From positions 5,511-69,510 of the forward strand of contig JAHDBM010000001.1 in the NCBI GenBank assembly GCA_020630395.1: a stretch of DNA of 64,000 nucleotides, in the 5' to 3' direction. How positions within the stretch are numbered: position 1 is the first letter of the stretch; each line of letters opens with the position of its first letter. The notes under the pieces are model-generated. The model had not been told where the DNA came from. It saw only the letters and a program-made list of their open reading frames with translations, and searched no databases. Shown piece by piece: positions 60,021 to 64,000 of this stretch. The stretch comes from Flavobacteriales bacterium. Its GTDB lineage: Bacteria; Bacteroidota; Bacteroidia; Flavobacteriales_D; CAJJDF01. Position numbers and translations under genes: made by a program.

Positions 60021-61883
60021 TTAAGCTATTACCGGTATTCTAAATTTCACTAACGTGCCAGGATATTCTTTATTTTCTATTCGTAATGCATCAAAAATAA
60101 TTTCTTCTTTGTGCTTAAACATAGCATTTAATCGTTCTCTTGTAATCTTTAATGCTAAAGATGATTTCTCTGGGTTAATTTTAGTAACTGATGTATCTAT
60201 TCCTTTTCCATCATCAGATATTTTAATGGTAATAGTATCGTTAATTTGCTTTAAAGAAACTTCTATTTCACCTTGTCTATCCATATCTCTAAAAGCGTGA
60301 ACAATAGAATTTTCTACAAAAGGTTGAATCATTAAAGGAGGTATTTTTTTATCCTTTATGCTTTCGTCTACATCAATTGTGTAATTGAAGTTTTTCGTTC
60401 TTAATTGTTCTAGTGCTAAGTAGTTTTCTACTAGTTCTATTTCTTTCTCAATTGGTATTAAGTTTTCTTGTGCATTTTCGAGTGTTAATCGCATTAGCCT
60501 AGAAAATTTAGATAGGTATTGTTGTGCCTCCTTTTTATCGTTTTTTACAATAAAGCTATTAATTGAGTTTAATACATTAAAAAAGAAGTGTGGGTTCATT
60601 TGTAATTGAAGTGCTTTTTTGTTTAATTCATCTATCTTTCTTGCATTTTTTTGTTGTTTCCAATAATAAAACCCTCCTCCTAAAACAATGAGTAATATGG
60701 CTCCAAAAATCGCATATAAAAAGTATGATAAATTACGGGTTGCTATTAGTGCATTTTCAGCTGCTTCTTTTTCTGAAACAAGTAATTGTTCTTTTGCATT
60801 TTGTGTCTCGTATTTTACTTTATAATCTGCAATTAACCTATTTGTTTCTTCATTGTTTTTATTAGAGAAAAAATCTAAATCATTCAAAAATACGTCTGGA
60901 TCTATCCCTTCAATAGGATTTTCTCTCAATACCATTACTAATAAAGATTGATTTGTTTTTGCACGAAGGTGATCGTGTTTAACAGAATCTGAGATTATTT
61001 TGGCTTCTAAAAGTATACGTTTTGCTTCTTTATAGTCTTCTAAACCGTAATGACAATGACTTAATATCCAATTTGCTTCACCATTGTAATATGTGAATTT
61101 TTGACCGTTATCTTCGTAATAATTAACTACTTTATTTAGGCTTGTTATTGCTTCTTTATATTTATTACTCTCAAAAAAATAGATTGATTGAAATAAATAT
61201 GTTTGATTTACAATACTCGAATGTTCTGGGTTATTTAACGCTTGCTCTTTTTCTATAAAATTTATTGCTTTAGTAATATAATAATAGGCAGTATCAGCAT
61301 TAACTTGATTAGCAATATTTATTAAATGATTATATCCTTGAAGCTTATCAGATGCGTTAGCATTATTACCAAGATAACTTATACCCATTTTCATTTCATT
61401 TAGTGCTTCTTGAAAGTTTCCTTGAACAGCAACTATTGAAGAGAATGATCTAGAAACATAAAACAATTTAGTTGAATCATTCATTTTTAATGCCATGTTT
61501 CTAGAGCTATCCAAATACTCTGCTGCTGATGCATAATCACCTTTCTTCATGTTAATGAACTGAATGAACATATAATATTGATAAAAATCTATTGGTTTAA
61601 CAAAGTTGATCTTTAGACGCATTAATTCATTCAAATAAAATGATTTAGTAGCTGAATCAGCTTCTGATCTATTAATTGTTTTATTAGCTCCAATTAGAAT
61701 ATCATAGTCTTTGTTTTTATGGCCATACTCTATGATTTCATTATAAATTATTGACAGAGAGTCATTATTCGAGTTTATATAACTGTTTAATAACCCATTT
61801 ACGCTATCCTTATTTAAACTCACCTGAGATAAGGAAGCAGAAATAATCGAGCAGAAATAAATAAAAATTAGTGTTTTTTTCAT
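60021..61883 (-). CDS. LytS/YehU-type histidine kinase with TPR-like periplasmic sensor
   Basis: LQMNPHFFFNVLNSI, QPFVENSIVH, DDGKG, single TM. Confidence 0.9.
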   Translation of the reverse strand: MKKTLIFIYFCSIISASLSQVSLNKDSVNGLLNSYINSNNDSLSIIYNEIIEYGHKNKDYDILIGANKTINRSEADSATKSFYLNELMRLKINFVKPIDFYQYYMFIQFINMKKGDYASAAEYLDSSRNMALKMNDSTKLFYVSRSFSSIVAVQGNFQEALNEMKMGISYLGNNANASDKLQGYNHLINIANQVNADTAYYYITKAINFIEKEQALNNPEHSSIVNQTYLFQSIYFFESNKYKEAITSLNKVVNYYEDNGQKFTYYNGEANWILSHCHYGLEDYKEAKRILLEAKIISDSVKHDHLRAKTNQSLLVMVLRENPIEGIDPDVFLNDLDFFSNKNNEETNRLIADYKVKYETQNAKEQLLVSEKEAAENALIATRNLSYFLYAIFGAILLIVLGGGFYYWKQQKNARKIDELNKKALQLQMNPHFFFNVLNSINSFIVKNDKKEAQQYLSKFSRLMRLTLENAQENLIPIEKEIELVENYLALEQLRTKNFNYTIDVDESIKDKKIPPLMIQPFVENSIVHAFRDMDRQGEIEVSLKQINDTITIKISDDGKGIDTSVTKINPEKSSLALKITRERLNAMFKHKEEIIFDALRIENKEYPGTLVKFRIPVIA

Positions 61884-62640
61884 TTTTATGAAATAACTGG
61901 GATTCGAAACTTTACTAAGGTACCTGGATAATCTTTATTATCTAATCTAAGCGTATCAAAAATAATTTCTTCTTTGTGTTTAAACATAGCATTTAATCGT
62001 TCTCTTGTAATCTTTAATGCTAGAGATGATTTCTCTGGGTTAATTTTAGTAACTGATGTGTCTATACCTTTTCCATCATCAGATATTTTAATGGTAATGG
62101 TATCGTTAATTTGCTTTAAAGAAACTTCTATTTCGCCTTGTCTATCCATATCTCTAAAAGCGTGAACAATAGAATTTTCTACAAAAGGTTGAATCATTAA
62201 TGGAGGGATTTTTTTATCCTTTATGCTTTCGTCTACATCAATCGTATAATTGAAGTTTTTTGTTCGTAATTGTTCTAGTGCTAAGTAGTTTTCTACTAGT
62301 TCTATTTCTTTCTCTATTGGTATTAAATTTTCTTGTGCATTTTCGAGTGTTAAACGCATTAACCTAGAAAATTTAGATAGGTATTGCTGCGCTTCCTTTT
62401 TATCGTTTTTTACAATAAAGCTATTAATAGAGTTTAAAACATTAAAAAAGAAGTGAGGGTTCATTTGTAATTGAAGTGCTTTCTTGTTTAACTCATCTAT
62501 CTTCTTTGCATTTTTTTGTTGTTTCCAATAATAAAACCCTCCTCCTAAAACAATGAGCAATATGGCTCCAAAAATCGCATATAAAAAGTATGATAAATTA
62601 CGGGTTGCAATTAAGGCGTTTTCAGCTGCTTCTTTTTCTG
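60021..62640. repeat. 755-bp direct repeat pair (60021-60775 and 61886-62640)
   Basis: Colinear without indels, offset 1865 bp, encodes the TM and kinase core of both genes. Confidence 0.9.
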
Positions 62641-63763
62641 TTCTTAAAATTAATTCATCTTTCTCTTTTACATTTAACTTTTCTTGAATGTCGATAATTG
62701 CTTTTGTGTTTTCCTTATTATATCTGGACTTAACCGATTCTAGAAAAACCTTAGCATAATTATTTTTATCTCCAATTTGATTCATTTGATCTTCTAGCAA
62801 AGCCTTTGATGTTACTAATAATTCAGCTTCATATTCGCTATCAGAAGCTAGCTTAAATGCATCTTCCAAGTATAATAAACCTTTTAACCTATCTTTTTCT
62901 ACTTTTAAAAAATACTCTCCTAAACGAGATTTGGCATTTATTTCTAATTGCGCCTCTCCTCTTTCTGTGTATGCTTTTGCAGCTTTTTCTAGAATAGTGA
63001 CTTCTTCATTAGTAAAACTATTTATTCCATTATTTAAAAACCTATCTAACTTAAACTCAAACATTAATAAACGAACATAATAGCTTGAGAACTCATTATC
63101 GGTTTTTTCATAAAAAGCTAAGGCTTTTTGAGAGTAAAAATTAGCAGAGTCAAAATTATTAAGCTCTTTAAATGTAGCGCAAAGTGCCTGATAATTTATA
63201 AGCTTAGCATATTCATCTTCTAATAACCTAATATTATTTTGATAAAGCTCTATGGCTTCTTCATGCTTATTGTATGTTCTAAGAATATTTGCTCTTTTAT
63301 AATTGCTTGTAACATATTTTTTAGGGTATTTATTTGCATTTAGATATTTTAAAGCTAGCTCTATATTCTGCATAGCTTCTTTATTATCTTCCATATTTAT
63401 ATATATGGTAGATTTTAAACTAAAGAATGAAAAGGTGTTTAAAGAATCAACATTAGAAGAACAATTTAAACTATAATTATAATTCTTTAAGGATTTAAAA
63501 CATGAGTCAAAATTATTTTTTTCAATATTAATTAACACATTATAACTAACAAACTTATTTACTAAAACAGTATCAGAACACAAATACTTATACTCATTAG
63601 CCTTAACTATAGCTTTATCTCTTAAACTTGTTTCTCCTTTTTTCCAATGTAAAACTACTTGCTTAAGTAATGTGTCTAATTCGTTACAAGGTGTTTTTTC
63701 TTCAACCTGTCCCCAGCTAAAAGATCCTAATAAAACTATAACAATAATAAATAAGCTTCTCAT
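61886..63763 (-). CDS. LytS/YehU-type histidine kinase with TPR-like sensor, paralogue of the previous gene
   Basis: Same motifs; C-terminal ~250 aa almost identical to its neighbour. Confidence 0.9.
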   Translation of the reverse strand: MRSLFIIVIVLLGSFSWGQVEEKTPCNELDTLLKQVVLHWKKGETSLRDKAIVKANEYKYLCSDTVLVNKFVSYNVLINIEKNNFDSCFKSLKNYNYSLNCSSNVDSLNTFSFFSLKSTIYINMEDNKEAMQNIELALKYLNANKYPKKYVTSNYKRANILRTYNKHEEAIELYQNNIRLLEDEYAKLINYQALCATFKELNNFDSANFYSQKALAFYEKTDNEFSSYYVRLLMFEFKLDRFLNNGINSFTNEEVTILEKAAKAYTERGEAQLEINAKSRLGEYFLKVEKDRLKGLLYLEDAFKLASDSEYEAELLVTSKALLEDQMNQIGDKNNYAKVFLESVKSRYNKENTKAIIDIQEKLNVKEKDELILRTEKEAAENALIATRNLSYFLYAIFGAILLIVLGGGFYYWKQQKNAKKIDELNKKALQLQMNPHFFFNVLNSINSFIVKNDKKEAQQYLSKFSRLMRLTLENAQENLIPIEKEIELVENYLALEQLRTKNFNYTIDVDESIKDKKIPPLMIQPFVENSIVHAFRDMDRQGEIEVSLKQINDTITIKISDDGKGIDTSVTKINPEKSSLALKITRERLNAMFKHKEEIIFDTLRLDNKDYPGTLVKFRIPVIS

Positions 63764-63765
63764 AA

Positions 63766-63999
63766 TTATCTTTTCCTCCTTTTTTTATGAGATATTTTCC
63801 CTTTGGATTCTTTTCTCTTTTCGGCCAACCATTTGGGTGGTTTACTATTTCCTTTGTGTGAAGTGTCTCCTAATAGCCTTTTTATTAAATCTGGACGATC
63901 CGCTTTCGTTAATCGTTCTTCTATCCAAGGTTGATTTTCTTTTTTATACCAAAAGAAAAATTTATGCTGGGCTCTTTTGTCACGCTCATTTTTTGGAGC
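63766..63999 (-). CDS. ygiQ: C-terminus of a YgiQ-family radical SAM protein (truncated by window edge)
   Basis: Manual translation ...KRAQHKFFFWYKKENQPWIEERLTKADRPDLIKRLLG...basic tail, matching the YgiQ C-terminal pattern as I recall it. Confidence 0.7.
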   Translation of the reverse strand, partial: APKNERDKRAQHKFFFWYKKENQPWIEERLTKADRPDLIKRLLGDTSHKGNSKPPKWLAEKRKESKGKISHKKRRKR

Positions 64000-64000
64000 A

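Noticed and set aside
60021-62640. Diversity-generating retroelement TR/VR pair
   Set aside because: Mismatches are mostly synonymous third positions rather than adenine-specific, both copies are coding and no RT is present.

Overview
AT-rich chromosome segment of a Bacteroidota (probably Flavobacteriales-like) organism, judged from T9SS cargo with PorP/PorE partners, porX, DUF5686, DUF3871 and TAnnTTTG promoters. Bases 1-6626 are the right end of an integrative element inserted at the anticodon loop of a tRNA-Val(TAC) gene. It carries a tyrosine integrase, an 850-aa SF2 helicase-like protein, a 114-aa hypothetical protein, an AAA ATPase and a DUF3871 protein, and it runs off the left edge. 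The most notable observation is the ORF-free 960-bp gap inside this element (1647-2610). It holds a canonical + strand promoter followed by a ~500-540-nt sequence with end-to-end long-range stems, G-U pairs and four GNRA-capped hairpins. I read this as a candidate large structured ncRNA convergent with the helicase gene. The remaining 57 kb is mostly core genome (gatB, lpxK, lpxH, porX, rseP, dxr, gdhA, pruA, ispG, T9SS loci). Smaller observations there include an unannotated 54-aa membrane protein, two LytS-type kinases sharing a probable gene-conversion tract, a shared ECF-type promoter motif, LytTR-type repeats and REP-like palindromes. All family calls come from motif recognition by eye; no database searches or folding programs were run.
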